From Sarea resinae (taxonomy: Eukaryota): 49,859 nt of DNA. The stretch's first letter is position 1, and every line of letters starts with the position of its first letter. The stretch covers positions 248,001-297,859 of the forward strand of contig JAPEUD010000023.1 in the NCBI GenBank assembly GCA_026026165.1, given 5' to 3'. The position numbers and the translations under genes are program-made. The notes beneath the pieces were generated by a model. It ran no database searches. It was not told where the DNA came from and saw nothing but the letters and a program-made list of their open reading frames with translations. This document shows positions 12,041 to 23,154 of the stretch, piece by piece.

Positions 12041-13344
12041 TTGTTTCTTAAATCCTGCTTTCTTAGAATTGTGTTAGCGCCTAACAACAGTTTAGCTAAG
12101 CATTCTGCCGCTTAGTGTTAGTTAGAGCCGCAGTGATAGCATAGTCTAAGGTTTTGTCTGTGTTTGTGTTCTTTGTGTAATAGTCTTAGCAGTCTTTACA
12201 GTAGTGTAGCGCTGATTGTCTCTTAGGGTAGAGGGTATTTAACCTAATAGTAGGTTGTTAATAGTGTTTCCTTTGTGTAATTGCAGCTAGGATATTAGCG
12301 GTCTTCTGTTTGTGGTTTTGTCTTAACTAATTCGTTCCTTATAAGCTAGCCTGCTAATTCGTTGACTAAATGATTTGATCCTAGTAGTAGAGTATTTAGA
12401 CGCCTTTTGCAGCTAGCGTTAATGCCTATCTAGAATCTTATCTGTAATTGTTCAGGTGATATTGTCTAGTTAAGAGCAGGAAGCAGCTTGCGCAGGTGTG
12501 CTAGATATTCCTTTAGGCTCTAGTTTAAGAGTTGTGTCGCCTTTATGTATTAGTCTAATGCTTGCTGTGCTATGCTTGCAGCGTCTTCTAATCCTACTGC
12601 TATAGTGTTTGCAAATTCAGTCTATGTTGCCTGCAGGTTTATAGTCCTATAGCGATTCTATTCTTCCTATAGAGGACCTTTTAAGAACTGTTAGGCGTAT
12701 AGTATTTGTTTTGTGTCGTTCTTAAACTCTGTTTTCTTAAGTTTAAATACTGTTTCGCACTGTGCTAGAAACCTTGTCAATGCTGCCCTTAAATCTCTGC
12801 TATAGTTAGTAGGGTTTTAGTATAGTGTAGAATGTTTTAGGGGTCTAGGATTAGATATTTCCTGTTTGTGTAAGGCGGTTCGTTAGTGTCAGCCTAACAA
12901 AGGTTTAAACGTGGCGACGTTAGAGGCTAGTTTAGTGTTTGCAGCTTCTAGCGTGCTAAATGTCGTTGATCTTAGTGTTTCGCCCTAGACTTGTTTCTTA
13001 AGTTTGTTAACCTCTTTCCTTAACTCTTAGAGTTTGTATTGTTTTTACAATTCTTCTAACTCAGCCCTTGTTTATTCTAATTCGCTTGTGTAGGTTTGTA
13101 CTTTATCTAAGTCTATCTGTTGTCTCCTAAGCGAATCCCTTTCCTAAGCGATTATAGCTTAGGCGGTTTTAGGTCGTCTTTTAGGCTGTTTATATAGTAG
13201 AAATACTGCACCTGTATGCCTAGAGACTAAACTCTTAATGAGCTCGAATTCGTCCTAGTAGTTGTTAACTAGTTTAGACTGTCCTTATGCATTTTGTGCT
13301 AGTAGGTTCTGCTTTAATGCTTCGCCCCTTCTAGGTCGCAACAT
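12030..13344 (-). pseudogene. gag of element B
   Basis: Candidate ATG at 13344 (MLRPRRG). CCHC knuckle C-Y-H-C-G-S-N-*-H-*-A-A-E-C at ~12100-12142. Ends are approximate. Confidence 0.75.
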
Positions 13345-13456
13345 TTAGAGTAGTAATTTAAGGAGGTTGCTTTTATCTACTTTGTCTTTGCTAAATATTT
13401 GTTGTTTGTTTGTTCTAGTTATAATGCCTCGCGCAGACTCTTGCCCTAGTGTAGGT

Positions 13457-13469
13457 GCAGTTGCTAATA
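13457..13469 (-). promoter_or_regulatory. Primer-binding site of element B, self-priming (Tf1/sushi) type
   Basis: Directly inside the 5' LTR. 13457-13469 (gcagttgctaata) is the reverse complement, 11/13 with two transition mismatches, of 13579-13591 (cattagcaactac) within the LTR. Confidence 0.7.
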
Positions 13470-13797
13470 TATAAGTGGCTAGGCTAACTTAGTTTGTGCA
13501 TGCAAAGGATATGCGCGAGGTTTGTACAAATCTACAAACTTATAAATAGAGTACAAACAATGATTTGTGATAGGATAGCATTAGCAACTACTCTGCTAGC
13601 TACTCTATAGAGATAGGACACATATAGTGCTCTAAAGGCTGAACAGCTAGACAAAAGAGGGCTGTTTGTGCTAAACGCCTAAATAGTTAAACAAAAGAGA
13701 GCTGTTTGTGCTAAACTCCTAAACTAATAAACCTCTAAGGTTTGTAGGCCTAAACGCTGCTTAGTATGCTTAGCAGAGAGTTGCCTACTTCCTAACA
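13470..13797 (-). repeat. 5' LTR of element B (328 bp)
   Basis: tataag(<tgtgag)...cctaaca; direct repeat of 4733-5060. Confidence 0.97.
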
Positions 13798-16531
13798 ATT
13801 TGTGATATATACAGCTATTTTTAATGCCTTAATCTAGAAGTCATTGCTTAGTTAGCTGTGTAATAGCATGCTACATACTTATTTAAGTATAATCTAGTTA
13901 GATTACTTAGCAATGCTGTTTTACTTATAAGAATATAGAGCAGTTGTTTTAACCTTAACTCTAGCATGCTTAAATAACTAATTAAGTTGCTTATTAATAA
14001 ATTCGCTACCTTTATTAGTATGAAATGCTTTTAGAGTAGTGTTAAATTTTGTTTTAACTTATTAGATCTAGTCCTTAAGCTCTTTTTTTATCTTAGACTT
14101 GCTATCTAGCAGCTAGACCTATTAATAACAAGTGTAATTGTTAGTTAGAAAGAAGAAGATATTAGCTTTAGTTATAGTTATATTAATTCTAGAGAGAGTC
14201 GTTTAGCTACTATATAAATCAGCGTGTATTTAATTAAAAGCAGCCTAAGTTATAGGTATAGGCTTCTTACTAGGCTAAGCATGCTGTTTAGCTATAGTAT
14301 AAGCCTTGTAGAAGGTTAAACTAAGGCTAGAGCATAAGGGTATACTTTTAGCTATAGTGTAGAGATAGTAAAGGTTATTAAGGTTTAGATACTTAAGCTT
14401 CTTATACTATAATTGCTGTTCCTTATAAGAAAGCTTAATTGCTATCCCTATAGAATTAGGTGTTTTTAGTGTATTTTTCGAGTTTTCTTAGAGATCCTAG
14501 TAGCTAAGGTCCTTAGATCTAGAGTCTTTAGACTCTTAGCTAATTTTTAACTTATACGCTACACTGCTTCCTTCTTTAGCAGTAGGATTATAGTCTTAGA
14601 TATTGTTAGATTTATTGTTAGAGTTGTCTTCTAGGCTATAGACTGTCTGTTTAGCAGTGCTTTTTAGGTTATTATCTTTGTTTTTAAGAGTTAAATAAGT
14701 GCTTAATTTGACTTTATATACGCTGTTATTATTAAAGGAATTAAGTAGCAATTTGCTGCTATCTTAATTAAAGACTCTTATCTTATATTTTGTTGTTATA
14801 ACTTAATATCTTATTCTAGCAAATAAGCTAACTAAAAGCAAATTGCATTCTATTTTAAGACAGTAATAAACGTGCTAAATAGTAGTAGGTATAGTCTTGC
14901 GATTTATCTTAACTAGTAGAGTAATTGTCTTATAGCTCTAAGTATAGATAAATTTATTGCTAGCTGTCTTTAAGGCTTTCTTCTTATTAGTAAGGTTGCT
15001 ATTAAAGTATATAAAAGAGTTAGTAATATAGATTAAGGCCCTTAAATTAAGGAGCTATATGTCTTGCTTATAACTTGCTTTTATAGCGATAAAAAGAGTG
15101 CGTCTTTTAGTTTGTTTTAAATTAGAAGAAGATAACTAAGTTAGTTTCTTATTAAGATACTTCTTATAGTATGCTTCCTACACCTCTTTTATTTGTTTAG
15201 CGTTAGTAATAGCTTAGTCTTTAATATAAGACTAGTTAAGATGCAGAAAATAGCATTGTTTAAGTTTATAACTTAAAAGCTAACAGGCCTTATAAGAGAG
15301 TCTAGAATCAGAGATTGCAGGCTTATTTTAGTGTGTTTTCTTTAATTCCTTGCTCTTAGTTAAGTTGCCTAAGCTTTTATTATTGTTTAGCTAGCAACTA
15401 GTAATCTAATAATGTTGTTCTGCTTCTATTGCCTCTTAAAGCAATTTATTGATTTAAGGCAACTTCTTAATGTTAGTAGAAGCACTATATATCTTGTTAT
15501 AGACTATAGTCTTAAAGGCAAAGGTATTAAGGCTATAGAGAAACATTAGACTAAGCAGATAATTATCTAATTAGATACTACTAGATCTGACTTTGCTAGC
15601 AGCCTTATTAAAGTTAGAATAGAAGTTGTTAACGTTATTATAGTCTCTTATAGTCTTCTTAGTTATGACTTATAGAGAAGTGTATATTACTAAGCAATTT
15701 CGCTAAGCAAAAGTTGATTTTAGTGCTTAAAATCCTATAACAACTTAATCTTTGTTGACAATTATAGCCTAGAGGCTGTTATTAATTGTTATAAAGAGTA
15801 TAGCTCTAGCTGTCTAATTTTAGACGTTCTATTAAGCGTACTCTAGTAATAACTTATTAACTAGCTAAATAAGAGTCTTATTAATAACTCTCTTAATACT
15901 ATATAAAATAAGCTAGAGACAAAGAGAATTAAGCTACATCCTCTAGTTTGTAGCCTCTTTTAGCTTAAGTATGCTAGAGAGATCTCTTAAGGTAGAAATT
16001 GCAGCTATAAGAGGTAAGAGGTGTAAAATAAGCTTAGGATTTAGCGTGAAAACAGGTGTAGAGATTAGTGTAGTCTCTAGAGTCTCTTTAACTAGCAGCA
16101 ATAATTCTAATCAACTAGGATCGCTAGATAAAGTTGTTATAGTTGTTATATCTTTGCTTAGCACGCCTTAATAGTTATCTAAGCTGCTTTAGAATTGTTG
16201 TTAAAAGAAGAGAGTCTTAAAAACGTTTGTATTTACCTTATTATCTACAATTGCAGAAATTAACTAACTAGTCTTAGAATAGAACTGCTTCTTTATCTCT
16301 ACTATATATATATATAGCCTGAACTAATTGCTTTAATACAGCAGGTTAGTGTTGTTATTCTAAGCAAAGAACAGCTGTTTTCTGCTAATCTATACAACAA
16401 ACAATATTTAGGCTGCTGCAAACGCTGTTTAGCTGCAGCAAGTTAGTAAAAAGTACTAACAATATATATAATTGTTAGGATTAACAAATAAAAGCAATTA
16501 GAAAGACTTTGCACATAAAAAACGCGTGAAA

Positions 16532-16541
16532 GCTTATAACC
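16532..16541 (-). promoter_or_regulatory. Copia primer-binding site
   Basis: Minus strand ggttataagc (<GGTTATGAGC) directly follows the LTR end aata (<AACA), the usual Copia-type PBS. Confidence 0.75.
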
Positions 16542-16696
16542 TATTAATCTATATATAATACTAAGCTAACTAAGTAAGTAAAAACACAGAAAAAAGAGAA
16601 GATAACTAAGCAAGCTAAGCGAGATTAGCTGCTAAGGCAGTATAAGCTAGGTATATAATGCAGTTATATACTTAGTAGCAAGCAAATACTCTAACA
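16542..16696 (-). repeat. Probable 5' LTR of the Copia element (~155 bp)
   Basis: Minus strand starts tgttagag (16696) and ends ...aata next to the PBS. The outer boundary cannot be verified without the partner LTR. Confidence 0.55.
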
Positions 16697-17574
16697 ATTA
16701 TAAGTGCAGATTATAATAACAGATTATAATAAGAAACTAATAATAATAACTGTAAAGAAATTGATCTTACCTCTAGACTATAGTTAAAAGCAATAATCTA
16801 AGCTATGTAAAGTACAGAATATAAAAGGGTTTACACTAAGAGCATATAGAACAGCTTGTGTATAGTATAACAAAGTAAGTGTAAGTAGCAATTAATGCAA
16901 GCAGTAGATACACATAATATTAAGCCTTCTTAGCTAGCTATATACTAAGTTTTAGAGCATTGCAATATGTGTTTAAGTTTATATACATATATTAATACTA
17001 TAGACTCTATTGTAATTACTTAGTTATAAGCTAAGTAGCTAGATATCTTTGTTTTTTAGCAATAAATCTTTGAATTAAAAGTAAAGCTAGCTCTATTAAA
17101 TAGCTTAAAGAGTCTATCTTAACTCTTAACACTTCTTACAGCAAAGAACCTAGTCTTAAAAGGCTCTAAAGAGCTAGATACTAATATCTGCTTATATTAA
17201 TATAGTAGTTCTACATTTGCTTTAATATTAAGACTAGCGCGTGTTGTCTGCTATTTGTAATTAAGGTTTAACTAAAGAAAAGACTCTTTCTATAAAGGTA
17301 TTACAATGTCTAGTTTACTACACATTTATTCCTAGCATAGATAACTTTATACTTCTCTTAATTGTAGTATTATCTTAGTCTTAATAAAGGTATAGTGATT
17401 TAAACAAGCCTATCTTCTTTAGTAAGTCTCTAAGCATAGATAACTGTATTGCTATTAACACTACTACTATAAGTTTTAGCGAAAGTTACTCTCTTAGGTT
17501 AGGAGAAATCTCTCTTATTAACTTCTATACTAATAAAAAGACTTACCTAAGTTAGCCTTGCTATCTAAGAGCCT

Positions 17575-19447
17575 ATTACTCTAAAGATCTTACACTTACT
17601 AGGATAGCACTAGTCCTACTATTACATCCTATAAGCCTATTAAGACTGTAGTCACTTTTATTAACCTAGCCTTCTCTCTTATCCTATACTATTTAAATAA
17701 AGAGCATATCTAATAACAAAGCTATAGTAGTAAGAGAGAGGCTAAAATATAATGCCTCTCTATACCTCTTTATAGAGTTAGCTAACCTTTTATTAATCTT
17801 AGACTCTATAGTGCTAGCAAATCTAATACCTAGACTATTACTATAAAGATTTAGCGTGCTAATAAGAGAGGTAGCAACGCTTTACTATAATCTTTAGACG
17901 CTGTTACTAGCAATAATCTGCGCAACTATATAGATAAAGTCTAGGTAGAAAGCTATAATAATAGTGGCTAGAAAGACCTGCGCCTAATACGTTTGCTGCT
18001 CTAGTATAGTTGCAATTAGAAGGTTTAAGATAAGGATACTTAAGGCGCTAATAGTAAGGATCTACTATGCAGCAAATCTAGGGATTAGCTATATAGCTAA
18101 GATAGCTCTAATAATGCTAAAAATAACAAATAGAGCCTAGCTAAAGGCGAATTATAGGATAGTCTAATACTAGATCTCTTGTTGCTATACTACTATATAC
18201 TAGAGCATAGTACTATTAGATATAAAGCTAAGTAAAGAGACAATTATTAGTAGTAAGAATAATAAGGCTCTCTATATATCTAGAGGTATAATAGGTATCT
18301 TAGCGAATTTAGCTTCCTAAAGACAGAAAATTCTAATAGATAAGATAGAGACTATAAGGAGCATAATTTTATATAGAGTAGACTATCTAACTGCAAGCGC
18401 TTAGCTATACAAGTTAGTTAGAGCAGTAAGTTAATTGTATTAGAATATATACTTCTAAATAAAGTTAAAGAGAATTAATCTATAAGTCTCTAATACAGCA
18501 CCTATATAGTTAATTAAACTATAACAGTTAATAGGTACCTCTAGCAGTAGGAGAAACTATAATAGTATAAAGACACATGCGCTAATTATTGCCCTATAAT
18601 CTTAATCTTAAGCAGGACTTAGTTGTATAAGCTAAGAATAATCTAACTTATAGTAAGAAGAAGTTCTATTTCTAGGGAGTATATTGAGTCAGAACCCTAG
18701 CAGCTATACTGCCTAGAAAGCCTCCTATAGGCGCTAAGGCAGCGAAGAAGCTTAAGCTAAGGTTTCAGTACTTTCCTAGTAGGAAGGTAATTCTAATGAT
18801 TGCTACAGCATTCGGCATAATCATTGCACCACCGATACCTGAGAAAGCCCGTGCTATGTTGAACAAGATGAAATTGTCGCAAAATCCATTGATTATCGAC
18901 CACAGAACGAACCAAGCCCCTCCTGCGAGTAGTACGTTTTTGTGACCGTACACCGCTCCAAGCCGGCCGCTGGCCAAGACGAATGTGCCTTGAGTCAAAC
19001 TATGGTGTAGCCTCGTCAGCCATGGACCCCTGCTCTCTTTTGGCCGTTGACTTACGGGTAGGATGCCGCGACCCAACTCGCCCTTCCAGGCCCATCTTCG
19101 CCTAATATCTTGCCAAATTCAAGCCCACCGGCGATACCAACAACATTGGAAATCATCTACACACCACCATGAGATATGATGGAAATTTGAAGCACAGACA
19201 AACTGCTTACCTGAACCAAATTACTGGCCACGATAACAATTGCAATTGCTATTTGACGAGATCTTCCTAGTGATGTCAATTGAATTGCCTCGAAAACCCG
19301 TCCTGGACCATTTCGACCAGTCGGACTCTCGACGCCGGTAATGGTGTCGCTTGGGCCTGTTGAGTTTATAACGCGGTCGACGCATTGAGATGATGGAGGC
19401 TGTACAACGCTTGACAATTCATATTGGACTGTTTGGGTCAAAGACAT
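17575..19447 (-). pseudogene. MFS drug:H+ antiporter (DHA2, ATR1/aminotriazole-resistance-like); 5' part intact, 3' two-thirds destroyed by RIP-like mutation
   Basis: Clean exons 19447-19211, 19156-19056 and from 18999 (SWVAASYPLTQGTFVLASGRLGAVYGHK...ARAFSGIGGAMIMPNA). First stop at 18765. Downstream de-RIPs to TFPPGK-RNLSLGFFAASAPIGG, QQTYWAQVFPA, QQGVAASLIGTL-LYG-SLG-GFAGT and GYR-ALYF. The 3' end is approximate. Confidence 0.88.
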
Positions 19448-21071
19448 GATGAGGACCAGTCTCGTGATGTCAAGACTATAAGTAGACGAGTCTAAACTGA
19501 AGGCAGAGACAACTTTCAACAAGCAGATCTTCAAATACGCCTTGCTTAGATATTTATGAAAGCCGACGGCAACTGAACGGCTGAAAGACGTTTGCTCCTG
19601 AACCCTCGACTTCTCAAACAGAACACTTGACTTTTAAAAACAGAGATGTGGGGTTGCTCCATTGAGACTCCACATTGTTTCGAGGATCTGCTGCGGGGAG
19701 ATTAGACTGTTGGGGTTCGTCGAATTCGCCCTTCATTGGTGCATCTCTTATCTTATCCTCGTATTTCCCATCGCCCGAGCAAGATGCTAGTGATCTGTTT
19801 CCACCTTGAGTCATCGTCAGAATTTAGTGATTTTCTCACATCACGAAAGCTCGATTTGCAGATCAAACTCAACAGCCACTGTAGCATCCAGTGACTAGGT
19901 ATGTCTGTCAGGGTGAGAATAGCCTCTGAGGGATCGAGTGAGATGTCTTCGATTCTTGAATGCTACTTCACACCGCCAGCTTGCCGAGTGATGACGCTTA
20001 ATCGATGACCTTGGGTATCATATTAATCATGCCTGTTCGAACTCCATCAAAATGGAGCAATGCGCTGTGAGAATCCCGTGCTAGTATGTGATGCCTTTAG
20101 CACTCTTTTCGCTCCTCAACGAGAACATGGTGCATGCTTGGCCGGCCGTTGGATCCTTTGAAGGACGGAGCTATATCTGCGTCGGCGACGTACTCGATTA
20201 TTGAGACATCGTGTTGATAGCGATAACTTCGGCCGCGACGTCATGTCCCTCGCCTCTCATGTACTCCGGTACTCGTAGCTCATGCAGTGGAGTGAAGGAG
20301 ATACATCCAGTCCTGAGATAGGGAAGTCCTGGGTCGATCCGAGGGAGCCCGGACCCCGGTGGAAGAGCAGCACGTGCGGAGACGAGATATAGGAGTCGAG
20401 CAGAAGCAGAAGACGAAGACATTGTGAAAAAGGTTCAGGGTCGTGTGTATGATGACGGAACACTGACTGGTAGAATCGTGGAGTCATTCAACTGTTGCTC
20501 CCTCCCTCCCTCTGTTATTTTATTGAAAATAATATCAAGAGACAAATAATATGGATAGAATAAAGGTCTTGCAATCCGACTCTCACCCTGCACACTAGTT
20601 TTCAGGCCATGGAAAACGGCATTATATGTATGTTCCCAAAAGACGTGAGGCACCAATCTGATCTCCCCTCGACGCAGAAAGAGTAGTAACCACCATCCAC
20701 CACGAAGAAAAAGAAAAGAAGAAAAGAAAGAAAAGAAGAAGAACAAAAGCACCCCCTCCTTCCCCCCTCCCTCACTCTACTCCCGAATCGCTAGAATACC
20801 CATGCAAAGAACGCTCGCTCATTAAAGATGCTTCATGTTCATGCTCATGCTCGTGCTCATGCTCCCCGTAACCAATCTTATGCCTCTCGTATGCTATCGA
20901 GCCAGAACGGTCCCAGCCCGTGCCCACCGGATACACACACAGCTCCATCCGAAAGAGGAACACCTCCGCTAGATTCAGCAAAAGAAAAAAAAACCCAGCA
21001 ATGACATGCATATGTTATACAAGACATGAAACGAAAGTAGCACGAGAAAGGGGGGGGAAAGAAGTAAAGGA

Positions 21072-23154
21072 TTAGAACATGCCACTGCCGTGCGACGTTG
21101 GCTGCGTCAAGTGGCCTAGACTGCCTTTACGCTCTACCTCGTCATCACCACCACCACCTGCGGATGCCACGTGCGTATCGCTGGGCTCTAGTTGGAGACC
21201 CCCCGTACTGGGCCAGCAAATACGGCGGACCTCCTCAGTAGGCGTCTGGTGAAATTCGTCGTCAGCGTCCTTTCCCTCACCATTCCCATTACCACCCACT
21301 CCCTGATCGGCATCCTCATCATCTTCGCCATTATCAAACGCACTGAACCGGCTCACGGTGCCCACATGCGGATCCGGGCTAGGTGTTGGATAAGCCTGAC
21401 CGCACGACTGCGCCTTGAGCTCACGGACTTCCTGCTGTAGAGAGCTGATTTGTTTCTCGAGCTTCCGCCGCGCCAATTCCTCGCGCTCGAGCAGCGACAG
21501 AAGCGCGCTGCAGTGGTCGGCGGCCGAGATCAGGGGCATGGTGCTGGCGGCCTGGATACTGGACTGGGAGGCACGAAGGGCCCGAATTGTGGGACTCTCA
21601 ATGCTACTGTCCGTGTGCGAGCCGGGTGAGTCGGGATAGTCTGGTAGGGTTGGGGTTGGGGAGGACAGGAAAGTGCAGACTGGCTCTAGCTCCGCATGTA
21701 AAGGGATTGGTTGCTCGATTGATTCAAGTGGTGCTTCTTCTCCCAGCACATCAGCGCGCCTGTGGATACCCAAGTCGTCGGGCTTCTGGGACATGAACGA
21801 CAGTTCATCCTCGGGCGTGAACGAAGCTTGGGAATACCATGAGGGCGAACTATGACGGCCTCTCGAATGTGGCCGTCGAGAGGATGATCTGGCTAGAAGA
21901 ACCGTTGTCCTGTGAGCTTGCCGGAGCAGTCTAGAGACGGTGCGATCAAGCACCTTCATCTGCTCTTCGATTTTGTCGACCCTCTCATCGAGATTCACCA
22001 CCTCTTGTGTTCGCTGTACGGCGTGGTCTTCAATAGACGAAACGGCTGGAAATGGATGATCGGGGTCATCCGCAGGAGTTGACACGTCAAGAGCTGTGGG
22101 AGGGTGACTATCGTCTCGTGCTTTTCGCGTAGAGATGTTCCTGTAAGTATCGTTTGATAATGTGTTTTCTCCGTGCGAACTCGTTCGAGGCCGTTTCGGG
22201 CTTTTTCTCCTGATAGTAAAATGATCTCCCCTCTTCAGCTGCTCCAATCGCCTCTCTTCAATTGACTCCCGTAGAGCGCCAGCACTCTGCGATCTCCGCT
22301 TCGACTCTGGACCACCAGTAACCGCAAAGGCTTTCTCGTCCTGAATCCCTACCCGCTTTCTGCCTCGGACGCTGAGCGGCCTTGGAGCTAAGCCAGTCAA
22401 CGCAGAAGCCAAAGACGTTGCATCGTCTGGGGACAAGACGATACTCGGAAGAGTGTTCCGGCGAGGCCTTGTCAAGAAATCCAAGGAGCTCTCTCTACTT
22501 TGGGGGATGAATTCATTATCGGAACGAAGGTCGGGGTCGGGAGGTGAGACCGGGTGGGAAGACATAGGCTGCAGCGCCTCCTGGACGGGAAGCGATATTG
22601 AACGCTGCGTAGTCAACCCGTTTACCTTCCGCGCGGGACCTAAGATGATGGCTCCAGGATCCTGCCTGCGTTCAGCACTTCATCTTGAACAACTCACTTG
22701 CTCTACTTACGCTCTTGTGATGCTCGATCTTTCGAGCTAGGGCCTGCTCGTCATTCCTTGGCTTTCTCCTGAAGATCTTGCGCATTGCGGATTTGAAAGG
22801 GTTTTGCTTCGCGTTCTTCGTCGGTGTAGTTGGTGATTGAATGACGGTACTCGTTGTTACCGGAAAGAAGGCCGGCCCTGAAGCCAAACGATTTGGGTTG
22901 CGAGGAGGTATAGCCTTCTCGTCATACTTGATATCCCGTATTCCATCTATTGACGGCTTGTGGTTTAGACGACGCATTGGATGTGGTGTACTCGTATTGA
23001 ATTCTGCCGGACCAATGATCCGGCCTCCAATCGAGCTCCCTTTGCTCGGGCCATATCGATGGCGGCGAGAGGTTTCAGGCAGTGGTGTCAATGATGGCTC
23101 GCTCGCTTGTCGTGGAATTCGTTGTCGACTATCTTTCACATTTGCTTTGTGCAT
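21072..23154 (-). CDS. Conserved hypothetical Ser/Pro/Arg-rich protein with two coiled-coil segments (2 exons: 23154-22711, 22661-21072)
   Basis: Two long ORFs (203 aa and 514 aa) are joined in frame by a GTAAGT...CAG intron, giving HHKS|DPG. Coiled coils LDERVDKIEEQMKVL and LEREELARRKLEKQISSLQQEV. The start codon is inferred. Confidence 0.78.

Larger units (their letters stand above)
4733..13797 (-). mobile_element. Full-length (9,065 bp) chromovirus-type Ty3/Gypsy LTR retrotransposon B, RIP-inactivated
   Basis: Two 328-bp direct LTRs (4733-5060, 13470-13797), 5-bp TSD attta (4728-4732)/atttg (13798-13802), PPT next to the left LTR, and gag-PR-RT-RH-IN-chromodomain motifs on the minus strand. 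Confidence 0.95.
13798..16696 (-). mobile_element. Ty1/Copia element, 5' part (LTR, PBS, gag, protease, GAG-pre-integrase, integrase), RIP-inactivated
   Basis: CCHC [Y<C]KAC-x4-[Y<H]-x4-CYFLH ~15245-15300. Protease *(W)LLN(D)L(S)R(G)AL(S)IY(H)IT ~15025-15060. L*(W)Y(H)KKLK(G)Y(H) ~14385-14415. Integrase F*(W)IK(E)ALK-AVYITN ending at the TSD. PR-IN-RT order is Copia. Confidence 0.9.
1..18790. other. AT-rich, RIP-like hypermutated block (TE nest plus adjacent host gene fragment)
   Basis: Strong TpA excess and CpA/TpG depletion. Recognisable protein motifs are broken by TAA/TAG stops derivable from CAA/CAG/CGA/TGG. Composition changes abruptly to normal at ~18,790. Confidence 0.93.

Noticed and set aside
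15971..16171. 66-aa plus-strand ORF
   Set aside because: Antisense shadow of the Copia gag N-terminus.
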